The position numbers and the translations under genes were made by a program. The notes beneath the pieces are model-generated. The model was not told the DNA's origin, made no database searches, and was given only the letters and a program-made list of their open reading frames with translations. A stretch of 64,000 nt of DNA. It comes from Takakia lepidozioides. Taxonomy: Eukaryota > Plantae > Bryophyta. The stretch is taken from NCBI GenBank assembly GCA_030704615.1, contig CM060731.1, forward strand, positions 6,758,001 through 6,822,000, written 5' to 3'. Positions 49,125 to 63,604 of this stretch are shown in pieces; the stretch's first letter is position 1, and the number at the start of each line of letters is the position of its first letter.

Positions 49125-52100
49125 TGTCGCGGCCCTTTGCCTTGAGGGCAGGGGGTCGGGACGCAGAGGGGCTGCCCCTGTGGTGGGGGCGGTGGCAGCA
49201 ATAGGTACAGGGGGCTGAAGCAACCTTGAGTGCCCAAGGCACTCGAGGAGGCGAAGGCACTCACTAGGTGGAGCCCCGCACACCGGGTTGCGGTGGGGTG
49301 GCTCCACAAGGGGTGGTGGTAGCTTAGTGGGACTTAGTGGGGGTGGCATAAGACTCACCATGGGGGCGGAGACCTTGTGGTGGGAGTTGTGGGGAGTCTT
49401 GGGACTCATCACGGTCCAAGGGGACCGTGGTGGGTGGGCCAAGACTCACCGCGACTCATCACCGGGAATCGAGGGTTTTCGTGGTGGTTCGCCATAAAAT
49501 GGTGGTGTTGTTTGTGAAACCCCCGCGGATAGTCACAGAAGTATATATAGGGAGTAGTAACCCCGAGAACGGTGCAAGCCCGTTGGTGTCCAAAAACTAG
49601 TGAGTAAGCGTGCGAGCCGGAAAGCGACCAAGATGTGGGGAGCTATTCCGGACTGCCATCGACCAAAAGGAATTTCCACTAGGCCCAAATTGGGAGAGGG
49701 TCTAGTGGAGGAGTAAAGGGGGACCGTTATGCCCCGGTGAGCAGCCGAAGCTCCGAGTTGGCCGAGCGGCCAGTTTGGGAGTTAGGCGCGCGCATCAAGC
49801 GAGTAACTATGACTTGAAGGGGAGCTTACCGAAGTGAGGTGTGCGACAATCGTCCTTGGGATCGGCCTCATCATGGGGTCGGGCAAGCCAAAGCGAAAGC
49901 GGAACGGCCTGAAAGATGATGATCCTGGTGAGCCCGATGGGGGCGACGTGTCACCGAAGCGGCCATTTGAGGAAGCGATGCATGCCTTTGGAAGCGAGGC
50001 CGCTCAAGGACGGGAGGAATCTGAGGAGTCGGAGCCCGAGGAATTCCTGAGAGCTCCGACAGACCAATAGATGCCTCCCATGCCAGCAACCTTTTGGGAA
50101 GGGTTGTTGGCGCAGTTTGGTGGGACAATGAAAGACGTGTTGAAGGCGACTAATGCCACTTCCACTAAGGCAAAGTTTAAGGTGAAACCTAACGAACCCG
50201 GCACCTTCGAGGGCGTCCGAAATCGGAAGGCACTCAACACCTGGCTCTTGGAGCTAGAGCAGTACTTCCGGGCGGCCAAGTTGGATGACGAGGATCGGGT
50301 GGAAGTGGCTCTCGCCTATTTGAGGGGCTATGCTCAACAATGGTGGCAGAAACGCCTTCACGATCGAGGTCCAAACCCGGAGACCTTGAACTGGAGTGGG
50401 TTCAAGGAACTCATGAAGAGACAGTTTGTGCCCCTCAACGCGTCCTGGCTCGCCCGGGACAAGATGAGGAATTTGAAGCAAACGGATGACATTCGGGGAT
50501 ATGTTCAGGCTTTCAATGTGCTGTTGCTCGAAGTCGCTGACATGGCAGAACCAAAAATGGTCTTCAATTTTGTGGCGGGACTGGCCCCATGGGCCAGACG
50601 AAAGTTGGAGGAGAAGCCACCTAAGACTTTGAACGAGGCAATTGAAAGGGCTGAATGTTTCTCGGATGTCCCTAGGGGCAAAAGACAAGGCCGTACTGAG
50701 CTGAACCACAAGAAGGTCCGGCGGGAAGGTGACTCCTTCCGACCGGAAAAGAAGTGGGATAGGCCACGCGGCGACAATGGCACATGGAAATCGAAGGGAG
50801 GGCCCTCACACGTCAAGACGACACCCAGTGCCCCGAAAGGAAAACCAGGTGCGGCGGCTTATAACGGATAGAAGGCGACCTTCGATGGAGTGTGCTTTAA
50901 TTGCGGGGAGCCCGGGCACATGGCCAAGAAGTGTATGAATCCCCGACAATTGAACATGACTCGGGCAACCACTGAGTTATCCGAAGCCTCTATCAGCCGC
51001 TTGGTGGAGGCGGTGGTCGCCAAGACTTGTAAGGTGGGCAACTACTCTTGTGAGTTGTATCAGGAAACTGGCGCCTTGCGTAAAGGGAGTCAGTTAATGT
51101 TTGTGAGTGGGATAATCTCCGGAACTAACGTATCGTTGTTGGTGGACACAGGAGCGTCGCACTCCTTCATGACACCGACAACAACACAGAAGCTGTGACT
51201 CCCGACAAGTGATGTGGTTGACCTTGATTGAGGTGCGTTCTGCTAAAGGAGAACTACAATTGGCGACGAGGTTGGCGTTCGATGTTCCTCTTCAACTGGG
51301 GAGTTGGGAGGGACGTGAGAACTTCACCATCTGCGAGATCGATGGAGTAGATCTCATTTTGGGGATGACCTTTTTGAGCAGATCCAGAGCGGTCATAGAT
51401 GGCCGCAAAAGAGTAGTCACGCTACCGTGTGGGAATGGTGGCGAAGTTTTACGAGTGTCGGAAACACCCAACCCCGTGGGAGGGCGAATAAACCTTCTGT
51501 CAGCAAGGGAGTGGGCCGTGGAGGAGCCACACGAGCCCTAGTTTTTGCTTTACGTAAGACAAGTGAAGGAAAAAGGCGATGGGGAGCCGAGCCCAGATTG
51601 GATCAAGGGGATTTTGGAGAAATATCAGGATGTGATGCCGGAGGATTTATCAAGTGGCTTGCCACCGCGAAGAGGAGTTGACCACAAAATTGAGGTGATG
51701 CCGGGATTGGAGCCGCCTGCCAAGGCACCCTACCGGTTGAGCCACAGAGAGTTGGTCGAGCTAAAGACTCAGCTCAAGGATCTAATGTCAAAGGGGTACA
51801 TTTGGCCGAGTAAGTCACCTTACGGAGCCCCGGTGCTATTCGCAGACAAGAAGGATGGGACGCTGCGGATGTGTGTCGATTACAGGGCTCTGAATAAGGT
51901 GACTATAAAAAACTGATACCCTTTGCCAAGGATCGATGACCTCTTCGATCGGTTGGCAGGAGCGAAGTATTTCAGCCGGATCGATTTGCGCTCCGGATAT
52001 CATCAAATTCGAGTGGCGGAAGGAGATGAGGAAAAGGCCGCGTGCAGGACAAGGTATGGTTCCTATGAGTTCTTGGTGATGCCCTTTGGGCTCACCAACG

Positions 52101-55100
52101 CACCCGCAACCTTTAGCACGCTAATGAACAGCCTTTTCCAGGAGTGGTTGGACGACTTTGTGATCGTGTACATCGATGACATCTTGGTGTACTCGAAAAC
52201 AAAGGAAGAGCACCTGGAGCACTTGGAGCACCTCAAATGGAAGCTGTTCTAGAAATTACGGGAATGGAAGCTGTATGCCAAAGCTTCAAAGTGCGAATTC
52301 GGGGTCACAAAAGTGGAGTTCTTGGGGCATGTGATTACACAGGATGGGATCAAAATGGATGACAGAAAGGTGAGAGCAATCTTGGACTGGGAGCCTCCGA
52401 CTTCGATCCCAGGAGTGCGATCCTTCTTAGGACTCGCCTCCAATTACTGAAAGTATGTGAGAAATTTTGCCAAGATCGCGGGGCTGCTATCAGACCTCCT
52501 GTGTAAATCCAAAGTCTGGGTATGGAACACCTTTTGTGGCCAAGCTTTTGCCGAGTTGAAGCAGCGGATGGCGGAAGCTCCAATCCTGAAAATCCCGGAG
52601 TTCGACCGCCCATTTGAGATTTATACAGATGCGTCGAACTTCGCGATTGGAGGTGTACTCATGCAGGAGGGACGTCCATTGGCTTACGAAAGTAAGAAAT
52701 TGAATGAAGTGGAGCGGTGGTGGCCAACGCACGAGAAAGAAATGAAGGCGGTGGTGCATTGCCTTGAGCTTTGGCGCCACTATATTGGCTCCAACCCGGT
52801 GAAGGTGTTCACGGACAATGTCACGGTGAAGTATTTTGCCACGCAGCCTAAGTTGTCCCTAAAACAAATTAGATGACAAGACACTTTGGCACTGTTCGAC
52901 GTGGATATCCAGTACAAACCGGGACGGGACAATGTGGTGGCCGATGCTTTAAGTAGAAAGCAGCAGCTCATGATGGTGTACAGGGGCGAGACGGCGCTCC
53001 AAAGGAAGATTCGGAAGACTTACAGGAAGGATGAGATGACGAAGTCCATGACGCGGGACTTGAGGATGGAATCGCAGTTCCACTTGCAAAATGGACTGCT
53101 CTGGTATAAGCAAAAACGTCTCTATGTGCCGATGGGAGGGATCAGAGAGAGAATGCCATGATGGCCCGCTTGCGGGCCACGGCGGAGCCAAACGCACTAT
53201 GGCACTCCTGAAGAAAGAGTATTTCTGGCCCAAACTGAGGGAGGAGGCCGAGGAGTATGTCAAGACATGCACCACATGCCAACAAAACCAGAGCGAGTAC
53301 AAAAAGCAAGCGAGGCTGTTACAACCCTTGCCGATTCCAGAGGGGTCTTGGGAAAGTGTCTCGATGGACTTCATGACTGCTATGCCGCTGTCAAAAGGAT
53401 TCGACGCAATCATGGTGGTGGTGGATAGGTTTAGTAAAATGGGTCATTTCATCCCCACCAAGGAGACGGCAACGGCGCAAGAGACGGGGCGACTTTACTT
53501 CGCCCACGTCTTCAAGCATCATGGACTCCCGAAGGATATTGTCTCGGACCGCGATCCAAAGTTTACTAGTAAATTTTGGAGGGTACTTTGGAAGAAAATG
53601 GGGACGAGGCTCAAAATGAGCACCGTCTTCTGACCTACGACGGACGGCCAAACGGAAAAGGTGAATTCCGTGGTGAAGCAGATCTTACGGAATTACGTGT
53701 CGGCAGATCAATCGGACTGGGTGGAGCACTTGGATGCGGCAGAGTTCTGTTATAATAACACAAAACATTTCGCAACAGGAGTTTCCCCTTTCGTATTGGA
53801 CTATGAAAAAGCACCTATGGTGCCGACAAGTTGGGCCGCCCAAGACGTTGAGGAACCGGCACCAGCGGTAGTGCTGGAAGAACGCGAGCGTTTGTTGAAG
53901 CTCGCAAAATACAACATTGCCAAAGCTAGAAAACAGTATGAATGGCAGGCGAATCGGAAGCGGAGGGAGGTTCAGTTTGAGGCAGGCACGGAGGTCTGGT
54001 TGAACATCAAAAAATTTCGACTACCTCCGGAAGTGAGTCCGAAGTTCGTACCTCCGTATGCGGGACCCTTTCGCATTCGGAAGGTTATGAATGAAAATGT
54101 GTATGAATTGGAGCTGCCGGCAAACAGCAAGGTGCATCCGGTATTCCACGTCTCCCTTTTGAAGCCTTACTTCAAAGATGAAGCGCGTCCGAATCGGCCT
54201 CAAGTGTTGCGTCCGCCACCTATGCTGTTGGATCATGAAAATGAACCTAAGTACGAGGTAGAGGCAGTGCTTAAGTCGAGGAGGTTCAAGAATCGAGAAA
54301 CGGAGTATCTCGTGAAATGGAAGGGCTATTATCATGTGGAGGCATCTTGGGTGCGTGCCTCAGAAATGGGAAACGCATCCGAGGCGGTTGCAGCTTTCGA
54401 AGGGCGACCTCAAAAGCGGAAGAAGCGTTGATGGGGACATCAACCTTAGAGCATGGGGGAGGAAATGCATGCTTAGCCCGGCTTAGCTAGTTCAGGAATC
54501 CAATTGCAAAAACTTGTATTGTACAAATTTTGTTATAAAAGAAATGGTTTCCAAATGTTGTGCTTCCTATTTTATTTGGAATGGTGATGCATGGTATGGT
54601 TGGCTAGTGTGTAGAATGCATGCTAAGCTTACAAAGTGGGAGAGGTAAATTGGATTATTGTGTGTTTGTGTAGTGCCGAAATCGGGTGACTCCCACCCAA
54701 AGGGCAAGGAAACTTGCACCTTCGTTGGGAGTTCACGTGCTAGTGTGCACCTGGCGCGTGCGCGTACTATAACTGCGCTACCGAGGGGGTTGCCTTGTAG
54801 TGCGGGCTAATGCGGAAGCTACGTGCTTCCGTTCACGTACTATAATCGTGTAGCCTCGGGACAAAGTCGTAGTGCGGCTTCGGCGTGTTCCCGTACCTCA
54901 GGCCAGCATTCCAAAGCAGACCCAATTGTAGTGATTGAGGCGCACGGTTGGTTCAAGGTTATTTTCCTAGTAAAAAAGGGTTCAAGGCAAACCCTTGCTC
55001 AAGGTGATGCCAAAAGCGACATCACGAGCAGTCGCAAGCAAATGTTGTTGCAGTAAGGCGATTCGATCCTCGGGGAGGATCGATCCTCGGCCCTGAAGTG

Positions 55101-56060
55101 GGTCAAGAAGAGTGCACTGGGAGGAGCTTGAGAGGCTCCACCCTTGGCCGGGACTTGGAGGAAGTCGGCGGAACTAGCTAGTGGAGAGAAGAGTCAAGTG
55201 GGGGTTTGGTTCTTAGCCATAGGACGCCATGGTGCGGAAACAAACTCCTTGATGTGGGATGCCACAACTTGGATGTTCGTTTCTACAAAATGGACAAGTC
55301 GATGAGGACATCGACTCCCTGTTGGTAGGGGTGTGTGTCGTGGCCCTTTGCCTTGAGGGCAGGGGGTCGGGTCGCAGAGGGGCTGCCCCTGTGGTGGGGG
55401 CGGTGGCAGCAATAGGTACGGGGGGCTGAAGCAACCTCGAGTGCCCAAGGCACTCGAGGAGGTGGAGGCACTCACTAGGTGGAGCCCCGCACACCGGGTT
55501 GCGGTGGGGGTGGCTCCACAAGGGGTGGTGGTAGCTTACTGGGACTTAGTGGGGGTGACATATGACTCACCATGGGGGCGGAGACCTTGTGGTGGGAGTT
55601 GTGGGGAGTCTTGGGACTCATCACGGTCCAAGGGGACCGTGGTGGGTGGGCCAAGACTCACCGCGACTCATCATCGGGAATCGAGGGTTTTCGTGGTGGT
55701 TCGCCATAAAATGGTGGTGTTGTTTGTGAAACCCCCGATGACAGTCACAGAAGTATATATAGGGAGTAGTAACCCCGAGAACGGTGCAAGCCCGTTGGTG
55801 TCCAAAAACTAGTGAGTAAGCGTGCGAGCCGGAAAGCGACCAAGATGTGGGGAGCTATTCCGGACTGCCATCGACCAAAAGGAATTTCCACTAGGCCCAA
55901 ATTGGGAGAGGGTCTAGCGGAGGAGTAAAGGGGGACCGTTATGCCCCGGTGAGCAGCCGAAGCTCCGAGTTGGCCCGACGGCCAATTTGGGAGTTAGGCG
56001 CGCGCATCAAGCGAGTAACTATGACTTGAAGGGGAGCTTACCGAAGTGAGGTGCGCGACA
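49125..56060 (+). mobile_element. Family-1 chromovirus copy C, full length, older, with premature stops
   Basis: LTRs 49125-49848 and 55336-56060, TSD ATGAC/ATAAC (one mismatch). Gag-pol 49873-54431 has multiple nonsense changes. Confidence 0.96.
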
Positions 56061-57184
56061 ATAACAATGGCAGAGGCAAATGACAACGGAAGACACATTC
56101 TTGCCAGAAGCGAGCGATGTGGCAAGCAGGCTGCGAGGGCAGAAGACGGTGCCCTAAGCACGGACTGTAGGGATGCGCATGGTGTTGGACGATTAGATGC
56201 GCACAACGTGGGCAGGTTTGCTAAGCGGACCCTGCAGATCTACTGATAGTTCCGCGGACCCGGACACCCGACAACAGGTCGGAGGGTGGATCCTTCTCCT
56301 AGCGGGGGCTGACGATGCCAACGACCGCAAGGAGACCACCCACGGGCGGGCCAGGGCATAGACAACCGCACTTACACAGTCGCGGCAGTGGACGAGAAGG
56401 CCGGCTGGGGCTAATGCTTCCACTGAAGACGATATTAAATATTAATTTAAAACGAGAGGCCATATTAATTAATTAATTAATTTATATATAAAAAAGCTAG
56501 AAATAATTTCTAAAAAAAGCTGGAGAAGTGATGTGGATGAGGGAGGGGGGAGGCGGATGGCGATGGCGATGGTGATGACGATGATGCAGGGAAGGAGGAG
56601 AAGGGGAAGGGGAAGCCACGGGAGATGGTAAGTAAGGCGGCGTGCAGCCCACGCCAGATGGGCCAACCACAAGCGTACGATGGCCATCGGACGGCGGGAG
56701 GGGCGCGTCGGCGCTCAAATTAGGGCCAGGCTGCGAGACGAGTGGTTCGTTGCAGTGTGGTCCCCCGCACGCCCACCGTTGCTAGCCCGCCTCTGCCCTG
56801 CCTCAGCCCCGCTCTGGGCGTGGCCTAATGTTTGCGCGGATCTGGTTGCAGGGCATGGAAGCCTGAAGATCAGAGGGAAGGGGGATGCCATGCAAGGTTG
56901 GGGGAGGCATGGTTGCATTCGGTGCATGCACGAGTGCAAAGGGGCTAGCTGCCCGTCGACAGGTAGGGCCTGCCAGAGGTTTGAGATTAAGGATAGGAGA
57001 GATGGCATGCATGGATTGAGTCGGGGTGTTGCAACCCGAGGTCGGTGTAGGCAGTAATGATGGCAGTTCTCTTACAACATTCTCTCTGCAGGCTTCTTCT
57101 CCTGTCGTACTTTCTTAGAGTCGTTGTTTTCCATCGTTGTGTTGTAGATTGGAGGTGCCGCGGATTCATATGTGGGGGATCTGA

Positions 57185-60100
57185 ATGGAGGGGAAGAGTG
57201 TTGGTAGCGACATGATTCCAATGTCACGACGATCACGCGAACAACGGGCTTCCAAGAATTCCAAGTCCGTGTTAGAGCCCTCTGCAAATCCTGTAGATAT
57301 TCCTTCAACATCCAAGAATCTTAAGAGTGGCGTACTTAATTCTGTAGGCACTTCTCGGACATCGAAGAATTCAAGGGCAAGGGCGGGCGGTTTGACAGAG
57401 AGTTCTCGGCCGTCAAAGAAAGCAAATGTTGGTGCCACTTTTACTGGGGACACAGGTCTTGAGCGGTCAGTCAATGCCTCCGAAGTTGATGCGAAGGGTG
57501 CTTCAACTATAACGCCTGCATCGAAGTCCCCTAAGTCATTATTGAGCAGTACTAGTGTCAACCTTACAAATCAGCATTTGAAATCTCGGGGAGTTAGCGA
57601 GGCCGTCAGCCCTGGTCAATCCCACCTAGTTAACTGCAATGGTGCTGAAACACTACCTGCAGCTGATGGTTCACGAGATGTGCCCCAAACAAGGATGGGA
57701 AGAGCACTCCGACCCCGGCATGTCACGCCGCTCAAAAAGGTAATCAAGCGCCCAAGACCCTTCCAGGAGGTGGTGTTGAGCGATTCCGATGGCCCACGGA
57801 TCTTGGGCCGGCGAATCAAGGTGTTTTGGCCTCTTGACAGTAAGTGGTATTATGGGGAAGTCAAAGCATATAACAACGCAAAAAAGCAGCACAAGATCAT
57901 CTATGACGACCGTGATGAGGAATGGCTCAAACTTCAGAGGGAACAATTCAAGCTGCAGGTGCTAGAAGGGGAAGTTTTTGGCCCGCCACTTTCAGTTCTT
58001 GCTACACATTCTACTCCTCTTAAGAACGATGCCCGCAAGTCAGCTTCTGCCAGTACAAAGCATTCTAAAGGAGAAGTGGGTGGAGATGATGGTCCTGCCA
58101 TCCCGCAGGTGGAACATTTGCCAGGTACCCATATCTCGGCTTGTGAAGTTGGCAGGCTTACAAGTGGTCCCCTTGATCAGGCCAAGTTGCTGGGTGTTGA
58201 TGATGACGGGAGGATGACTGAATTGATCACTGAAGGCGAGCCAGAATCTGTCGCTGCTGGTGAGGTGCTGGAGGCTTCAGATACAGCTCTAGCTGCAGAA
58301 AATCTTACTGTAGTTGCAGATGTGCCCGAATCACCACAGAAAGTTGCACCTCTGGAAAATATCACTTGCGAAAGTGAAAGTCAGGCAGTGGGTGCTCTTG
58401 AGAATGGCCCGAAGATTCAGCTCGAAGATGTACTTGAGAATGGCGATGGGAGCCTCAGCAATGAGGGTCACAGTTCTACCCACTTTGGAGTGGTGAATGA
58501 GGGCAAACCTGTGTTGGTCGATCATGTGGAGCTGCCTTGTGAGGCTGAACTCGTCTGTAAAAGTAGTGGAGAAGAAAGTAAGGAGGTAGAGGTCGAGGAG
58601 AAAGCAGATTGTCTTGCGGAGGAGGATGTCTCGGTGGAGACTCCTGCTGAGGCTGGAGGACACAGGTGCGCTGTGGTGATGTCTGTGGACACCGAAACAG
58701 TTTCTGCCAGTCTGCCGGGTCACTCGAAGAGGGAAACCCCAGCCAGTGACACCCATCTTTCTCCACTATTTCTGAGGGAGGGGGTATGTGACGGAAAATC
58801 AGCATCAGGAAGATTGGGTAACAAGCTGGATGATGAGGTGTTTTTGGTATCTGAATTGCCACCAGTTGTTGGGGACATCGAAGTTTCCACCCCTGGTACT
58901 GCTCTTGGGGAGGTCTGCATTGGGGAGATTGGAGGGATTAGTGAAGCTGCTCCAATACAACGAGTGGTGTCAGGGATGGATGAATCTATGGCGGTGGATG
59001 CTAGTGAACCTATTATTAGAGACTCAAATAATTTGAATGAGGTGGTGGAGGTAGCAAGTAATGAAAGGCAGCTATTTCTTGGGGAAGGGGAAAACGGAGT
59101 GCCTGAACTGCATGAACCATCTGAAGATTCTAGAGATGGTCTTGCTGAGTCTCACAGTCAGGGACCAATATATTCAAGAGCCTGTTTATTTTTGGGTGAT
59201 GTTGCGTGTAGGGGATATAATAGAAAGGTTATGCTGCAGACTAGGATGGTGGCATCTGAGCATTGTGACTTGAATACTTGTGTGGAGGATATGAGCTTTC
59301 ACCAGGTCAGGCCGCCATGTTTGATGTGGTTGATCAGGGAGAGTCGATTAATTACAAAGCATATTGCCACCAATCTTGTTGACGTATTCTGTCTGGTACC
59401 TTGGAAGCACTACAAATCCTTGAGATCAGTCTCAAATGATATCTGGAGAGGGGTTCCTCGTTTGAAACTTTCAACATATTTGGAATTTGGCAAGGATGGT
59501 TCAGGTAGCCGAGTGAGGCGAGCTGTTTTGACAACGACTCAGAAGGAAGATGTGCCATACATGGGAACATCACCCAACAACATAGTTTCTATTGGTGGAG
59601 ATGACACAGATAACTATGTCAATCCTTCCCACATCACCTTGTCATGCACCATGTCTGGTACAGGAGCAGGAGAGGAGGTGGAAGAAGAAACTTCAGCATT
59701 GCCATGGGATGGATCCTTTGTGAAGAAAAGTGAAGCCGAACCAGACTGTGAATACCAAAGTGCAACCCAGGACAGTGTTGTGGACTTCCACCTAAAGCCT
59801 GTCTTTGACGAGAAGTGGAGACTGATGAAGAGTTGTGGAGAAGTTCCTGCAGCTACTAGGGATTTAGAATCAACACCAGGGCCTCCAAGTAGATGTTTGG
59901 ACATCTTGGATCTGGATCTTACTGGCAGGGAGGAGAACAATGAAAACGGGGAGAGACCTGCGCTAGATCTTGTGAATGGAATGTTTTCTTGTGAATCTGA
60001 AATGCCTGTACAGGAGTCCAATGTTGAGTTGACCACTCTGACGAAGACACACAGCAGAAGTTTGAAGTATGCAAAGCGAGGATTTCGACAATTTGCAGGG

Positions 60101-61573
60101 GATTTAGTGGAAGGGGATAGCTCAGGGGGCGAAGGCAAAACACATGAGAGGTCTAGTAGTGATCTAGTTGACATACCCATGTCCCCTGCAAAGCGGCCCA
60201 AGGTCCAGATTGAGAGCCCCAGCACTGTCATGACAGCAGAAAATGGTGGTAGGGGTTTGCTTCCAATGGTGGATTGGGACATGAATGGGGATAGGGGTTC
60301 AAGGATTCCGGATGGTAGAGATTGTGACTCAGCTTTGCCTAGAGTCAATGTGTTGAAGCTACGGAGGTGTCCAACCAATAAAGGTCTCTGGCGCGTAGCT
60401 GGCAACTCATATGCACCAGAGCGAGGTACCAGGCCCTCTGGTGACAGTGCTGAACCCTTGACACCTTCTTCTATTTCTGATAGGAAAAGGTCTTTTGGTC
60501 ACTGTTCAGAGTCTCTACAACCAGAGAGTCCAGATGACAATGGAAACTCTGCAGCAATCCCAAGTGATTCTTGTCCTCGTGACCACAAGGAGATCATGGT
60601 ACCTGAGGTGCAGGTTGTAAGCCTCGAGGTGAAAGACATATGGCCCAATTGTGATGTATCTTCAATGCAGGATGTTATCTCTGATTCCAGAAAGCGCAGA
60701 AGAAATGATTCTAGTAGTTCAACCTCCAGTGATGATGCAGATGCCCCGTTTTCCCGGGTGGAGGAGGCAGACCAAAGAGGGACAGTAATTGAGCATTCCT
60801 TCTATAGGGAGGCCGAGTTTTTTTGTGGTGCATGCAGTGCGAATGTGCTGATTGTGCAAAACGATAGGGGGTGGCGGGAGGTAGGAGCAACTGTTGAGCT
60901 CCAATCAGGTCATGGCCAAGGATGCATATTGGCAGTAACTGTCCGAGGCGAGAGCTTGTTTGCATACAAGGCTGAGCAGTCTGTGGCATCTGGTACAACC
61001 AATCGGTACACCCATGCGATGATGTGGAAAGGTGGCAAGGGCTGGAGTTTGGAGTTTGAAGATAGGAAACAGTGGCAGGTCTTCAAAGAAATGCATGAGG
61101 AGTGCTTCCAACGGAACTCCAAGGCAGCTGCAGTGCGTCAGATCCCTATACCTGGGGTGAAGCATATTGAAGATTTTGTGCCAAAGAGTCCAGGGCCTCG
61201 TTTTGTACGTCCTATTTCCAGATATATCTGCCAGGAGGAGGGTGAAGCTGAGATGGCGCTTGCGAAGTCACGAGTGGTCTATGACATGGACAGTGAGGAT
61301 GAGCTGTGGCTAACCCAAGTCAATAGTGAGAGGGTGGGTGCTCGAGGCACGAGGTCTCGGCCCCTCATTGCTGAGGAGACCTTGGAGAGACTCATGGACA
61401 AGCTAGAGAAGGGTGTGTTCTCTGAGCAGCAGGGTGAAGTGGAACTTGTTTCAGCTGATATGGCAGCAGAGCTCTGTCATGGGCTGGCCTCGCAGGAGGT
61501 TATTAAGGCCATCCATACCCATTGGTCAGCCAAGAGGCTGCGGAAAGGCATGGCCTTGGTGCGGCATTTTCAG
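57185..61573 (+). CDS. Enhancer-of-polycomb-like protein (plant EPCR type with N-terminal Tudor-like domain), first coding exon
   Basis: Tudor-like GRRIKVFWPLDSKWYYGEV...YDDRDEEW; CSANVLIV...RGWRE; NRYTHAMMWKGG; YDMDSEDELWL. Donor cag|gtatgt at 61573/61574, phase 0. Confidence 0.9.
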
Positions 61574-62597
61574 GTATGTCCTTGTCGTAAGGTAGGTCTG
61601 AGTCATTGGTATATAGTCTTCGACAGCTTCATCCTCTGCTAAATTTGATAAGCACATACTCTCTGGTCGTTTCCTGGTGAAATCTGATAAGTGACGGAGT
61701 GATTATTCTTATTCACTGTATGTCCCCGAGTGTTTTGGCCCTACGTGCCCATAGTTTATTTTATTCATATATAAGGAAGGTGGCCAAAAATTGTATACGA
61801 ACAAGTGGAAAATAGGTTTGTCTCCAAAGGGACTTAAATAATAAAGAATTTCTAGTGTAACCAAGAGAGGGAAAGAGAAGGAACTGGAAAACAATGGAAA
61901 TTTCCTGTAAGATGATACAACCAAAGGAAAGAGACTCAAACAGTAGGGAACTTCCTCTCTGTGCAACCAAGAGAGGAAAGCAGAAGAAAAAGGTAGACAA
62001 CATTTGCATCCGGACCAGAAACCCTTGATAAACGAATCTTCTTGGGTTGCCTTCTGTACAATGACTTGTCGGAAACCTGTCTTTCTCTTATATCTACCAG
62101 GACCAATAACAGGACCAATCAGTACTATTATACTCAAGCTTTTGTGGTTGTATGTGTCAGTGATTTGGATGCAACTGTGATTCTCGGATGGTCAAGCGTG
62201 CTTGAGAAACATATGGAGTGAACATTTATTGTTGGGGCTGGGAAGATTTATCCTAAATGAGATGACCAATTTGTTTAGATATTGATAGGTGGCAATGGTG
62301 CTGGAGTGCTACATGTAGTCCGCCTGGACTACTATTTACAAGTAGTCATATAGGAGAACATGTTGTGCAGATACTGTGAAGTTAGGTCCAGTATTTCTGT
62401 TGTAAGAGGTGGTTCTTTTGTCTGTCTTTCTAATTCCGGTTGTTTTTTCTAGGTCTGGAGGAAAGTTGGAGCTTGGTGGGCTTCAACTCTGGTTAACTGT
62501 GTTCTGTAGGACAGTATGAAGCATGCTCACAGTAAGTCATGTGATAGACCAGAGTTGGATTTTGATGTGTTGTTTGGTTGCATTGTTGGGGGGGCAG

Positions 62598-62910
62598 CCA
62601 GCACCGTGGGAACAGTATCAAAAGCAGTTGCAAGCGTGGCAGCAGCAGTTTACGCAACTGCAGCAGGAGTCACCCACAGCAAGCAAACAGCAGCTTCTGC
62701 AACGATGCAAGCGGCCGCCGTTGTTTGCCTTCTGTTTACGGCCACGGGGATTGGAAGCACGGCAGAAGTTACAAAAGCAAAGATCACAACGGAAACAAGC
62801 CAATGGAAGTTCATCTCGGCACTGGGTTAGCATGGGGTTCAATGAGGGCTCCCTGGACAGCCCCTCAAAAAGGTTATGTTGCGGAGAATCCACGAATGGT
62901 TCTTCAACTG
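62598..62910 (+). CDS. EPL-like gene, next coding exon
   Basis: Acceptor gcag|ccagca. Encodes PAPWEQYQ...PPLFAFCLRPRGLE. Donor g|gtgagc, phase 1. Confidence 0.82.
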
Positions 62911-63604
62911 GTGAGCAAATCGGCTTTTTTTGCTCTCACCAAATGTTTGTCATTGTTAACGGCTTCTCACGGGTGACAGGATTGTGAATGGACCTTCAAA
63001 GGATCATATTGTTTGTTTTTTGTCTGTAAGTTGAGGTGAAACAGAAAGATGTTACTGACTTGTCATTTTTCTTAGTTCGTCTATTTCATTTCCTTCATTT
63101 CATCATTAAATGAGGGAATTTACAAGCCATTAAAGCTGCTACAACTGAAGAAATGAGGGGTTGCCTCTGTCTAGGTTCTGGTATCTGTTGACCTTGACAG
63201 CAGTGGGAGTGAGTTTAGAGCAAATTTCTGGTGGCAATAAGCATTGCTGACTATCTAGCAAAGAAGAGTAAGCCCTGTGAATAAAGAGCAGTGATAGTAC
63301 TGAAGCCGAGCCGGAGAAAAGGCTTGAAACACTGTAAATAGATTTTGCGATGTGGCTGAGCACATGTTTTCTTTCCCCTGGTTTTTGTGCCAGCTGGTTT
63401 TGCATACCGATATTGGGAACCTGTCTTGCATTTTGGATGAAGATGTGAGATGGGATGGGATGGGATGAGAGGGATCTCTATGTTCAGATGCCTGGTATTC
63501 TGACAGGCATCCAAACCACATAGTACTCTTCAGTTTCCAGTGTTTGGTCGCAGTTATGACTTTTGTACTGAGCAAAAAACAATTTGTGGATCTCTTGAGC
63601 ACAG

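Noticed and set aside
59614-60405. 263-aa antisense ORF (and 63255-63848)
   Set aside because: Shadow frames opposite the EPL-like coding exons, with no recognisable motifs.
61574-61642. The ORF-track stop at 61642 as the true end of the EPL-like protein
   Set aside because: This is intron read-through. A strong donor lies at 61574 and conserved coding sequence resumes at 62598.
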